Assembly (NCBI GenBank): GCA_041395865.1
Contig: JAWKZQ010000008.1
Location: forward strand, 12,090-76,089
Source: Pseudomonadales bacterium
Lineage (GTDB): Bacteria > Pseudomonadota > Gammaproteobacteria > Pseudomonadales > IMCC2047
Direction: 5' to 3'
DNA length: 64,000 nucleotides
The notes below the pieces were generated by a model. The model had not been told where the DNA came from, did no database searches, and saw nothing but the letters and a program-made list of their open reading frames with translations. The translations under genes and the position numbers were made by a program. Shown one piece after another: positions 56,817-64,000 of the stretch (its first letter is position 1; each line of letters starts with the position of its first letter).

Positions 56817-58772
56817 TCAGGCGGCGTTTTGGATCAGTTCGTCCAGCCGGCGCGGGCGTGCAATGCCGTAACCCTGGGCGAAATCCACGCCAATTAACTG
56901 CAATTGCTCGCGAATGGCGTCATTTTCGACGAATTCAGCAATGGTCTGTTTGCCCATCAGGTGGCCGATATCGTTGATGCTTTTCACCATGGCCAGGTCG
57001 ATCGGGTCATCGAGAATATCGCGGACAAAGTCACCGTCGATTTTTACGTAGTCCACCGGCAAGCTTTTCAGATAACCGAAGGAGGACAGGCCGCTGCCAA
57101 AATCGTCGAGAGCGAAACGGCAGCCGAAGGCCTGCAACTGGCTGATGAAATAACGCGCCTCCTGCATATTGCTGATGGCGGCTGTTTCGGTAACCTCGAA
57201 ACAGAGTTTGTTGCCCAGTGCGGGGTTGGCCTTGATATTCCGGATGATGCAATTGAGGATTTCCTCCTCGCCCAGGGACAGGCCGGACAAATTGATGCAG
57301 AAGCTGTCGTAACGGTTTAACAAATTTGTATTTGCGGTAAGCTGCCTGAACGCATTTTCAATGACATAGCGATCAAGTTTTGGGGAAATGCCGTATCTTT
57401 CCGCCGCTGGCAGAAAGGCGCCCGGCGGCGTCAGGGAGCCGTCTTCGCTGCGATAACGGATTAATAACTCCAGGTGGCTTTCGTTCCGGTTACTGTCCAG
57501 GCTAACGATTTCCTGTCCGAATAAGATAAACCGCTGGTTAGCGATACCGGCGTGGATGCGTGATATCCAGTGCATTTCTCCCTGGTGTTTGGCGGCTGAC
57601 TTGTCGCCCTTTTGATGAACCTGAATGCGGTTACGCCCCTTTTCCTTGGCGAGATAGCAGCAGGTGTCAGCTTCGCGGAGTATATCGGCGACGCTGGTGT
57701 TTGTATGGTCGATACTCACTACGCCGATGCTGGCGGTAACTTTGAACTGGCGCTCTTCCCAGGCGAAATTGAATTCGTCGATGGCCAAGCGCAGTTTGTC
57801 GGCAATCATCCGGGCATCATCCGGCGAGCAGTACTGCAGCAAAATGGCAAATTCATCGCCGCCCAGGCGAGCGACATAATCATATTGGCGTACCTGTTCG
57901 CGCATGATACTGCTCAGTTGAATCAACAGCTGGTCGCCGACCATGTGGCCGCAGGTGTCATTAACCAGCTTGAACTGGTCAAGGTCAATAAAAAAGACGG
58001 CGTGGGTTTCCTGCGGATTATCCGTTTGGCTGAGGATGTTTTCCAGACGCCGTTCGAATTCATGGCGGTTGATCAGGCCGGTCAGCATATCGTGACTGGC
58101 CTGGAAGCTCAGCTTTTCGGCCAGCTGGCGCGACTGGGTGATGTCACGGGCGGTTGCAAGGTGGGTGACAATCTGGCCGTGGCTGTCACGTAAGGGGACG
58201 GCATGGCTTTCAACGCTTTTGCGCGTTCCCTTGAGGCCGATGATATCGTACTCAATGATTTCCGAATGCCCGTCAAAAATGCGTTTATTAAAGTCGATGT
58301 AGCGTTGCCGGTGCTCCGGTACGATCAGTTCGTAAACGGAATGTCCCCGAACCTGATCGATATGATCGGCTTCAATAATAGCGAGGCCGGCAGGGTTCAT
58401 ATCCAGCAGCACGCCATCCCGAGAAACGGTTTTCACGCAATCGGGCGCGTATTGAATAATTTGGGACAGTTTCTGGCGTTGATCCAGCAACGCCCGTTGT
58501 TGCCTTTCGATATGCAGAAAAGCAAGTGAACAGGCCATGCCCGTTATAAAAATAAACAGGGAGGCGGCCAGCAGAAACAGCGTTTCGAGTGGTGACAGGT
58601 GGGTCAGTTCATAGAAGTAACCCCGTTCCTGGTTAATCAAGGCATCAATCGCCGGATCCAGCAGCCACAGGAGTAAAATGAGTAAAAAGGTAATTTGGCA
58701 CGGCCTGAAGCGAATGAGCTCAGGCAGGCTGATATCCTTAAACAACTGCGAAAAAATAGGGGGTCGTTGCAT
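56817..58772 (-). CDS. Membrane-bound PAS-GGDEF-EAL c-di-GMP signalling protein
   Basis: Two TM helices, PAS/PAC, RQYD I-site plus GGDEF, ELL, DDFGSG, EFVE, QGY. Confidence 0.93.
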   Translation of the reverse strand: MQRPPIFSQLFKDISLPELIRFRPCQITFLLILLLWLLDPAIDALINQERGYFYELTHLSPLETLFLLAASLFIFITGMACSLAFLHIERQQRALLDQRQKLSQIIQYAPDCVKTVSRDGVLLDMNPAGLAIIEADHIDQVRGHSVYELIVPEHRQRYIDFNKRIFDGHSEIIEYDIIGLKGTRKSVESHAVPLRDSHGQIVTHLATARDITQSRQLAEKLSFQASHDMLTGLINRHEFERRLENILSQTDNPQETHAVFFIDLDQFKLVNDTCGHMVGDQLLIQLSSIMREQVRQYDYVARLGGDEFAILLQYCSPDDARMIADKLRLAIDEFNFAWEERQFKVTASIGVVSIDHTNTSVADILREADTCCYLAKEKGRNRIQVHQKGDKSAAKHQGEMHWISRIHAGIANQRFILFGQEIVSLDSNRNESHLELLIRYRSEDGSLTPPGAFLPAAERYGISPKLDRYVIENAFRQLTANTNLLNRYDSFCINLSGLSLGEEEILNCIIRNIKANPALGNKLCFEVTETAAISNMQEARYFISQLQAFGCRFALDDFGSGLSSFGYLKSLPVDYVKIDGDFVRDILDDPIDLAMVKSINDIGHLMGKQTIAEFVENDAIREQLQLIGVDFAQGYGIARPRRLDELIQNAA

Positions 58773-58896
58773 GGCCTGTCCGTCCTTTGGTGAGACTCAG
58801 TTTAAAACAACGCGCAGCAATTTCACTCCTATTTTTCTGATGCGCCCAATAGGCGTTTCGGCGCCGGTTCAAACCTTCGCTTAAATTTGACTTCCC

Positions 58897-59212
58897 AGGG
58901 CCTGTTAACGCTTATTGAAAGTCTCTGTTATGGCTAAAAAAGCACCAGGTAAGGCATGAGGAGAGCGGTTTGGTTATTCCAAATGAGCGAGAGTCTGCCC
59001 CGCGAGCGGAGCGAGTGCTTTGGGTACGAATAACGCAGCATGGTGCTTTTTTAGCCTTAACCCCTTCTATTGATAAAAAAAGGGCTGAAGCTATTTTTCC
59101 CTTCCACGGTGTTGTTACTCACTTATGTAGCTGGCTACACTGCGCTGGTAACGCCTTGTGGAAGAAAAAATAGCGTCCAGCCGTGATATTTCAATAAGCG
59201 TTAACAGGCCCT
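58897..59212. mobile_element. MITE-like non-autonomous element (316 bp) with perfect 24-bp terminal inverted repeats
   Basis: AGGGCCTGTTAACGCTTATTGAAA (58897-58920) and TTTCAATAAGCGTTAACAGGCCCT (59189-59212); nested internal inverted repeats; CCAG/CTAG at the ends; no transposase. Confidence 0.8.
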
Positions 59213-59714
59213 AGTGATAGCAGCTGGATGCCTGAACCCAGAAACGGCCGGGTTTTGAACGCTCGTAATCGCCGGCCTTGCCATCGTCGAGTTGCTCAAG
59301 GACGATGTCGTGCAGCTTTTCTGCATAAGGAATCAGGCAATCGCAAAGCAGCTGGCGTAATGCTTGGTTAACCTGCGGGTTTCGACACAGGAAGGTGAGT
59401 TTTTTGTGCAGTTGGACAAGCACCTCCCGGGCTTCATGTTCACGGTATTGCTGTACCAGTGCGGTTGCCAGGTATTGTGCGGCGAGCAGGGTGTTTGAAG
59501 CATTTTCTGCCGTTATTGTCCCACTGAGCTGATGGTCCAGTATAATCGTGGCTGCTTCGTATGCGGCCCCAAAGCAATATTGGGCCTGGGTGAAGTTTTG
59601 GCAGTTGACGGCCTCCATCCCGCTGGACATGGCCTGCTCCCAAAAACGGTCGGCCTTGTGGAGGTTTTGGCAAAATTCATGGGCGTGCTGCTGGCATAGG
59701 TAGCGGGGCTTCAT
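59211..59714 (-). CDS. Hypothetical helical protein, probably Fur-regulated
   Basis: SD AGGAGA before ATG 59714; YLCQQH motif; second gene after the Fur-boxed promoter. Confidence 0.7.
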   Translation of the reverse strand: MKPRYLCQQHAHEFCQNLHKADRFWEQAMSSGMEAVNCQNFTQAQYCFGAAYEAATIILDHQLSGTITAENASNTLLAAQYLATALVQQYREHEAREVLVQLHKKLTFLCRNPQVNQALRQLLCDCLIPYAEKLHDIVLEQLDDGKAGDYERSKPGRFWVQASSCYH

Positions 59715-59764
59715 GCTGAAAGGGTCTCCTTGGTAAGTTCTGTTGCGAACCGTGATAAAAGTGT

Positions 59765-59965
59765 TCAAGCGGATTTGTGCTCGTCGGCGCAGGCAAGCAG
59801 CAAGAGTTGTTTGAACAGTTTTTGCATTTCCTGTTTGTAAAGCTGTTCCTGATGCTGGACTTCTTTAGGAAAATCCCAGGTTAGCGAGGTGTCGCCGCTG
59901 CGCGAGTTGATTAAGCGCAAACGTGGAGCGCCATCCTCCAGCCAGGCATTGACGGTGTAGCTCAT
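59765..59965 (-). CDS. Small hypothetical protein (66 aa), probably Fur-regulated
   Basis: SD AAGGAG before ATG 59965; directly downstream of the Fur-boxed promoter. Confidence 0.72.
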   Translation of the reverse strand: MSYTVNAWLEDGAPRLRLINSRSGDTSLTWDFPKEVQHQEQLYKQEMQKLFKQLLLLACADEHKSA

Positions 59966-60000
59966 GTCGTTTCTCCTTTTAGGGATATGCAAGGGATTTG

Positions 60001-60028
60001 ATTATATGAGAATGATTATCATTTACAA
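60001..60028 (-). promoter_or_regulatory. sigma-70 promoter overlapped by a Fur box
   Basis: Minus strand TTGTAA-N16-TATAAT; GAGAATGATTATCATTTAC (60008-60026) matches 15/19 of GATAATGATAATCATTATC. Confidence 0.85.
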
Positions 60029-60119
60029 GTAAAGAGTGGAAAATTTCCTTGAATAAGGGTATGCCTGCCCATGTTTGCCAAGACGGCGCGTCGTTGGCGT
60101 CCCTTGTGACTGAATACAC

Positions 60120-61199
60120 ATGACTTCACCGCAACGAAAAATCATTCACTGCGACTGCGATTGCTTCTATGCGTCCGTGGAAATGCGTGACGATCCTTCG
60201 CTGCTGTACCTGCCCTTGGCGATTGGTGGGCCTGCGAGTCAGCGCGGTGTGATTGCGACCTGCAATTACGAGGCGCGGGAGCATGGTATTCATTCAGCGA
60301 TGTCTTCGGCGCATGCGCGTCGACAGTGCCCTGGGCTGGTAATTTTGCCGCCCAACTTTGATAAATACCGTGAGGTGTCGCGGCAGATTCGGCAGATTTT
60401 CTTCGATTACACCGATTTGGTGGAGCCGCTATCGCTTGATGAGGCCTACCTGGATGTGACCGACAGTGAAAAATGCCGCGGCAGCGCCACATTGATGGCG
60501 CGGGAAATTCGCCAGCGTGTAAAGCGGGAAATCGGTATTACGCTGTCCACGGGGGTCGCGCCAAACAAATTCCTGGCCAAGGTGGGCAGCGATTGGAATA
60601 AGCCGGACGGCGAAACGATCATCCTGCCTGAACAGGTGGACGACTTTGTGGCGGCCCTGCCGGTAAAAAAAATCTTCGGCGTTGGCAAGGTGACGGCGGA
60701 AAAACTGCACCGCTTTGGCGCCGGTACCTGCGGGGAACTGCGGCAGTTTTCAGTGTTTGAGCTGACCGAGCATTTTGGACGTTTCGGCAGCCGCCTGTAT
60801 GAACTGTGCCGAGGTGTCGATAACAGGCCGGTGAAGCCTTCGCAACGCCGTAAATCGCTGAGTGTCGAGCATACCTATCCTGAGGATTTGCAGGATCTGG
60901 ATGCCTGCCTTAAACAGTTGCCGGAATTGCTCATCAAACTGCGTTCGCGGCTGCGGCTGGTGGATAACCAATACCTGATTACCAAGCAGTTTGTGAAGAT
61001 GAAATTCAATGACTTCCAGACCACCACCGTGGAATGTTTGAACCGTAAGGCTGAAGATGCGGTTTTTCGTGAATTGATGGCAACCGCCCACGAACGGGGC
61101 AATCTGCCGGTGAGGCTGCTGGGTGTCGGGGTACGCTTCGTCGACCTGATGGAGGAGGGCAAGCCCGAGCAACTCGAACTGTTCGAGGAAAAGCGCTGA
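60120..61199 (+). CDS. dinB: DNA polymerase IV
   Basis: RKIIHCDCDCFYASVEMRD, CNYEAR..GIHSAM, EPLSLDEAYLD, SDWNKPDG, VRLLGVG. Confidence 0.96.
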   Translation: MTSPQRKIIHCDCDCFYASVEMRDDPSLLYLPLAIGGPASQRGVIATCNYEAREHGIHSAMSSAHARRQCPGLVILPPNFDKYREVSRQIRQIFFDYTDLVEPLSLDEAYLDVTDSEKCRGSATLMAREIRQRVKREIGITLSTGVAPNKFLAKVGSDWNKPDGETIILPEQVDDFVAALPVKKIFGVGKVTAEKLHRFGAGTCGELRQFSVFELTEHFGRFGSRLYELCRGVDNRPVKPSQRRKSLSVEHTYPEDLQDLDACLKQLPELLIKLRSRLRLVDNQYLITKQFVKMKFNDFQTTTVECLNRKAEDAVFRELMATAHERGNLPVRLLGVGVRFVDLMEEGKPEQLELFEEKR

Positions 61200-61253
61200 T
61201 CCTGCCTGTCCTATTGGTTGTCTTGCCCCTGCGACGCAGGATAAAGTAAGCCA

Positions 61254-62138
61254 ATGCAACCCATTCTTGAGGTCCGCCACCTGAGAAAAGAGTTTGCTCA
61301 GCTTACGGCGGTTAATGACATCAGCTTTCAAATCCAGCCTGGCACCTGTTTCGGGTTGCTGGGGCCGAACGGTGCGGGCAAAACCACCACCATTGAGATG
61401 ATTGAGGGGCTGACCGAACCCACCAGCGGTGAAATTCTTTACCAGGGTAAGCCGCGCGATCCGCGTTTTCGCCTGGAGGCGGGAATCCAGTTCCAATCCA
61501 CCTCGGTGATGGAAAAGCTGAGCGTTGGCGAAGTCGTGGGTCTTTTTCACAGCCTCTATCATAAACGTACTGACCTGCAGCAGCTGGTTGAGCTCTGTGG
61601 TTTGGGCAGCCTGATGAAGCAGCGGGCCACCCGGTTGTCGGGCGGCCAGAAACAACGGCTGATGTTCGCGCTGGCGTTGATTAACGATCCGCAAATCGTC
61701 TTCCTTGACGAACCCACCACCGGCCTTGATCCGCAATCCCGGCGGAACCTGTGGGACTTGATCGAGCGTATCAAGGGGCAGGGCAAGACGGTGTTGCTGA
61801 CAACGCATTATATGGATGAGGCAGAAATACTGTGCGACACGCTGGTCATTGTGGATCGCGGCGCCATTATCGCCGAGGGTTCGCCTCGGTCACTGCTGAA
61901 ACAGCATTTTGACCATTTTTATGTATGCCTGGATCGCGAGGATTTTAAAGCCCATTTGAATCACTGGCCTGAGCCACTGGTGACGGTCAATGACCGGGTG
62001 GAAATACAGAGTCATTCTGTCGAAACGACCCTCCGGCAACTGCAGCAGCACAATATTAATTTGCAATCCCTGCGGGTGCGTAACCCCACCCTTGAGGACC
62101 TGTTTTTGAAATTGACGGGGCACAGTCTTCGTGAATAA
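61254..62138 (+). CDS. ABC-2 type transporter ATP-binding protein
   Basis: GPNGAGKTT, LSGGQKQR, FLDEPTTGLD, TTHYMDEAE. Confidence 0.95.
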   Translation: MQPILEVRHLRKEFAQLTAVNDISFQIQPGTCFGLLGPNGAGKTTTIEMIEGLTEPTSGEILYQGKPRDPRFRLEAGIQFQSTSVMEKLSVGEVVGLFHSLYHKRTDLQQLVELCGLGSLMKQRATRLSGGQKQRLMFALALINDPQIVFLDEPTTGLDPQSRRNLWDLIERIKGQGKTVLLTTHYMDEAEILCDTLVIVDRGAIIAEGSPRSLLKQHFDHFYVCLDREDFKAHLNHWPEPLVTVNDRVEIQSHSVETTLRQLQQHNINLQSLRVRNPTLEDLFLKLTGHSLRE

Positions 62139-63186
62139 ACCCTTTGCGACCCGTGGCGTAATTATTTGGGCGCTGTTTGTAACGCGCACCAAGGAGTTTT
62201 ACCGTGACCGCGGTGCACTGCTGTGGTCTCTGTTATTGCCTATTTGTATCGTCACCGCCATTGCGATTGCCTTTTCAGGCAAAGGGCAGGAGCTGTTCCG
62301 GGTGGGCGTTTACCTGCCAGCTCCGGAGGCCGCAGCGATTGAGGCGCAGCAACCTTTGCTGGCGAAGCCTTACGTACAGCGGATTGACTACGATAACCTT
62401 GGGCAGGCGCTGGAACGTGTCAGGCATCACCAGCTGGATTTGCTGCTGGCAGCCGATCAGCCGGGTAAATACTGGATTAACGAAACCTCTGTAAAGGGCA
62501 AGGCGGTTGAGGCGCTGCTGTTGGGTCAACTTGCGGCTGACGATGCCGGGCACTGGTCGCGGCAGCTGGTTTCAGGCCGCCAGGTTCGTTACGTTGACTG
62601 GGTAATTCCTGGCGTGCTGGGTATGAACGTGATGTTTGGCGCCTTGTTTGGCATTGGTTTCGTGATTGTCCGCTACCGCAAAAATGGTGTTCTCAAGCGT
62701 TTACAGGTAACCCCGGTTACCCCGCTGGAGTTTTTGACTGCCCAGGTGTTGTCGCGCCTGCTGGTGATGATGGTCACCGCCACCCTGGTTTATATCGGCT
62801 GTGACCTGTTCCTGAATTTTGTCATGCTCGGCAGTTACCTGACCCTGTTACTGGTTGCGGCGCTGGGTATCTTCGCCATGATTACACTGGCCTTGATCAT
62901 TGCCAGCCGGACGGCCAGTGAAGAGTTGGCTAACGGCCTGTTGAATTTTGCCGCTTTTCCCATGCTGCTCTTGTCCGAAGTCTGGTTTTCGCTGGATAAT
63001 GCGCCCGCCTGGTTGAAAGTCGTTTCGCAATGTTTTCCACTCACCCACATGGTACAGGCTGCCCGGGATATTATGATTGAAGGCGCGGGCCTGGTGGATG
63101 TGACCTACCATTTGCTGGTGATGGCGCTGATGAGCGTTGTCTTTCTCGTTATCGCAGCCTACCTGTTCCGTTGGAATGAAAGGTAA
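62131..63186 (+). CDS. ABC-2 type transporter permease
   Basis: RYVDWVIPGVLGM, GVLKRL..TP, FPLTH; six TM segments; overlaps the ATPase gene. Confidence 0.92.
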   Translation: MNKPFATRGVIIWALFVTRTKEFYRDRGALLWSLLLPICIVTAIAIAFSGKGQELFRVGVYLPAPEAAAIEAQQPLLAKPYVQRIDYDNLGQALERVRHHQLDLLLAADQPGKYWINETSVKGKAVEALLLGQLAADDAGHWSRQLVSGRQVRYVDWVIPGVLGMNVMFGALFGIGFVIVRYRKNGVLKRLQVTPVTPLEFLTAQVLSRLLVMMVTATLVYIGCDLFLNFVMLGSYLTLLLVAALGIFAMITLALIIASRTASEELANGLLNFAAFPMLLLSEVWFSLDNAPAWLKVVSQCFPLTHMVQAARDIMIEGAGLVDVTYHLLVMALMSVVFLVIAAYLFRWNER

Positions 63187-63230
63187 GCGTTGGGCCGGTA
63201 ACCTGAATCACCCTGACTTAGAGAATAGCT

Positions 63231-63869
63231 ATGGAAGCCGAATTTTGGCATAACCGCTGGCAGGAGGGCCGTATCGGCTTTCACCAGCCGGATGTGAATA
63301 AATTTTTAAAAAACTGGTGGCCCAAACTTAAGTTACCTCGGCAAAGCCGGGTTTTTGTACCGCTGTGCGGCAAGACCCTGGATATGTTGTGGCTGGCCTC
63401 GCAGGGCCATCAGGTCATCGGGGTTGAGCTCAGCGAGGTTGCTGCCCAGGCATTTTTTGCCGAGCAAAATGTACAGCCTGACCGGCAGCTTAAGGGCGAC
63501 TTCACCTGCTACAGCGCCAATGGTGTAGAGATCTGGTGCGGTGACTTTTTTGATCTCAAGCGGGCTGATTTGCAGGACGTCACAGCGGTTTTTGACCGGG
63601 CTGCCCTGATTGCGCTGCCCAAGGCGATGCGCCAACGCTACGTTGAGCATCTGCGCACCCTGATACCGAACGGCTGCCAGTTGCTGCTGGTGAGTATGGA
63701 ATACGATGAGTCAGCACTGTCCGGGCCGCCATTCCATGTGCCCTGGTCTGAAATAACAGATTTGTTTGACCATCAGGGTGAGTTGAAAATCCTCTCTGAG
63801 CAACAATCCGACGCGCGCGGCACACCCTGCCTGGAACGCCTGTACCTGTTGACTTACGGTTCCGAATAG
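63231..63869 (+). CDS. tpm: Thiopurine S-methyltransferase
   Basis: FWHNRWQEGRIGFHQ, VFVPLCGKTLDM, DRAALIALP, GPPF. Confidence 0.95.
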   Translation: MEAEFWHNRWQEGRIGFHQPDVNKFLKNWWPKLKLPRQSRVFVPLCGKTLDMLWLASQGHQVIGVELSEVAAQAFFAEQNVQPDRQLKGDFTCYSANGVEIWCGDFFDLKRADLQDVTAVFDRAALIALPKAMRQRYVEHLRTLIPNGCQLLLVSMEYDESALSGPPFHVPWSEITDLFDHQGELKILSEQQSDARGTPCLERLYLLTYGSE

Positions 63870-63875
63870 CAGGGT

Positions 63876-64000
63876 ATGTATCGGCATTACTGGAGTTTTT
63901 ACTGGCCCCTGGCTTTGACCACCTGCCTGATGCTGTTGGGCATGCAGGTGTTCAACGGTATTCTGGCCCGTTACCCCAATGCGGAATACGAATTGGCGGT
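63876..64000 (+). CDS. 5' fragment of a membrane protein, possibly MATE/ANKH-like (partial)
   Basis: MYRHYWSFYWPLALTTCLMLLGMQVFNGILARYPNAEYELA runs off the window end. Confidence 0.5.
   Translation, partial: MYRHYWSFYWPLALTTCLMLLGMQVFNGILARYPNAEYELA

Noticed and set aside
58970..59173. 67-aa ORF inside the MITE-like element
   Set aside because: No transposase-like motif; the sequence is explained by inverted-repeat structure
60108..60127. LexA box before dinB
   Set aside because: CTGAATACACATGACT lacks the CAG half-site of CTG-N10-CAG

Overview
Chromosomal segment of a gammaproteobacterium (gene content and order resemble Pseudomonadales/Oceanospirillales; exact taxon not determinable). 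It is mostly core genes: ygfX(partial)><nadB, rpoE-rseABC, bcp, dapA-bamC, a glycerol/glycerophosphodiester set, rdgC-dusC, cvrA, dauA, cvfB-rbgA-rlmG, fklB, arfB, efpL, recQ, zntR plus permease, srmB-like and deaD helicases, rapA, csp, a PAS-GGDEF-EAL gene, dinB, an ABC-2 transporter and tpm. An accessory-looking stretch at about 37.3-47.9 kb holds an ankyrin lipoprotein, a cytochrome P460 with a membrane-anchored dihaem cytochrome c, msrA, msrB, an antiporter, an SDR and a HipBA-like pair. No rRNA, tRNA, CRISPR, integrase or transposase was seen. The most notable unexplained signals are: (1) an orphan sigma-54 promoter plus terminator between convergent efpL and recQ (candidate ~75-nt sRNA); (2) the P460/dihaem cytochrome pair; (3) a 316-bp highly structured MITE-like element; (4) a Fur-boxed operon of two unknown genes; (5) four palindromic operators upstream of the hipBA-like pair; (6) a three-half-site operator between dauA and a CopG-type gene; (7) an SRPBCC gene broken by one TAG. 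All calls come from reading motifs by eye; no searches were run.
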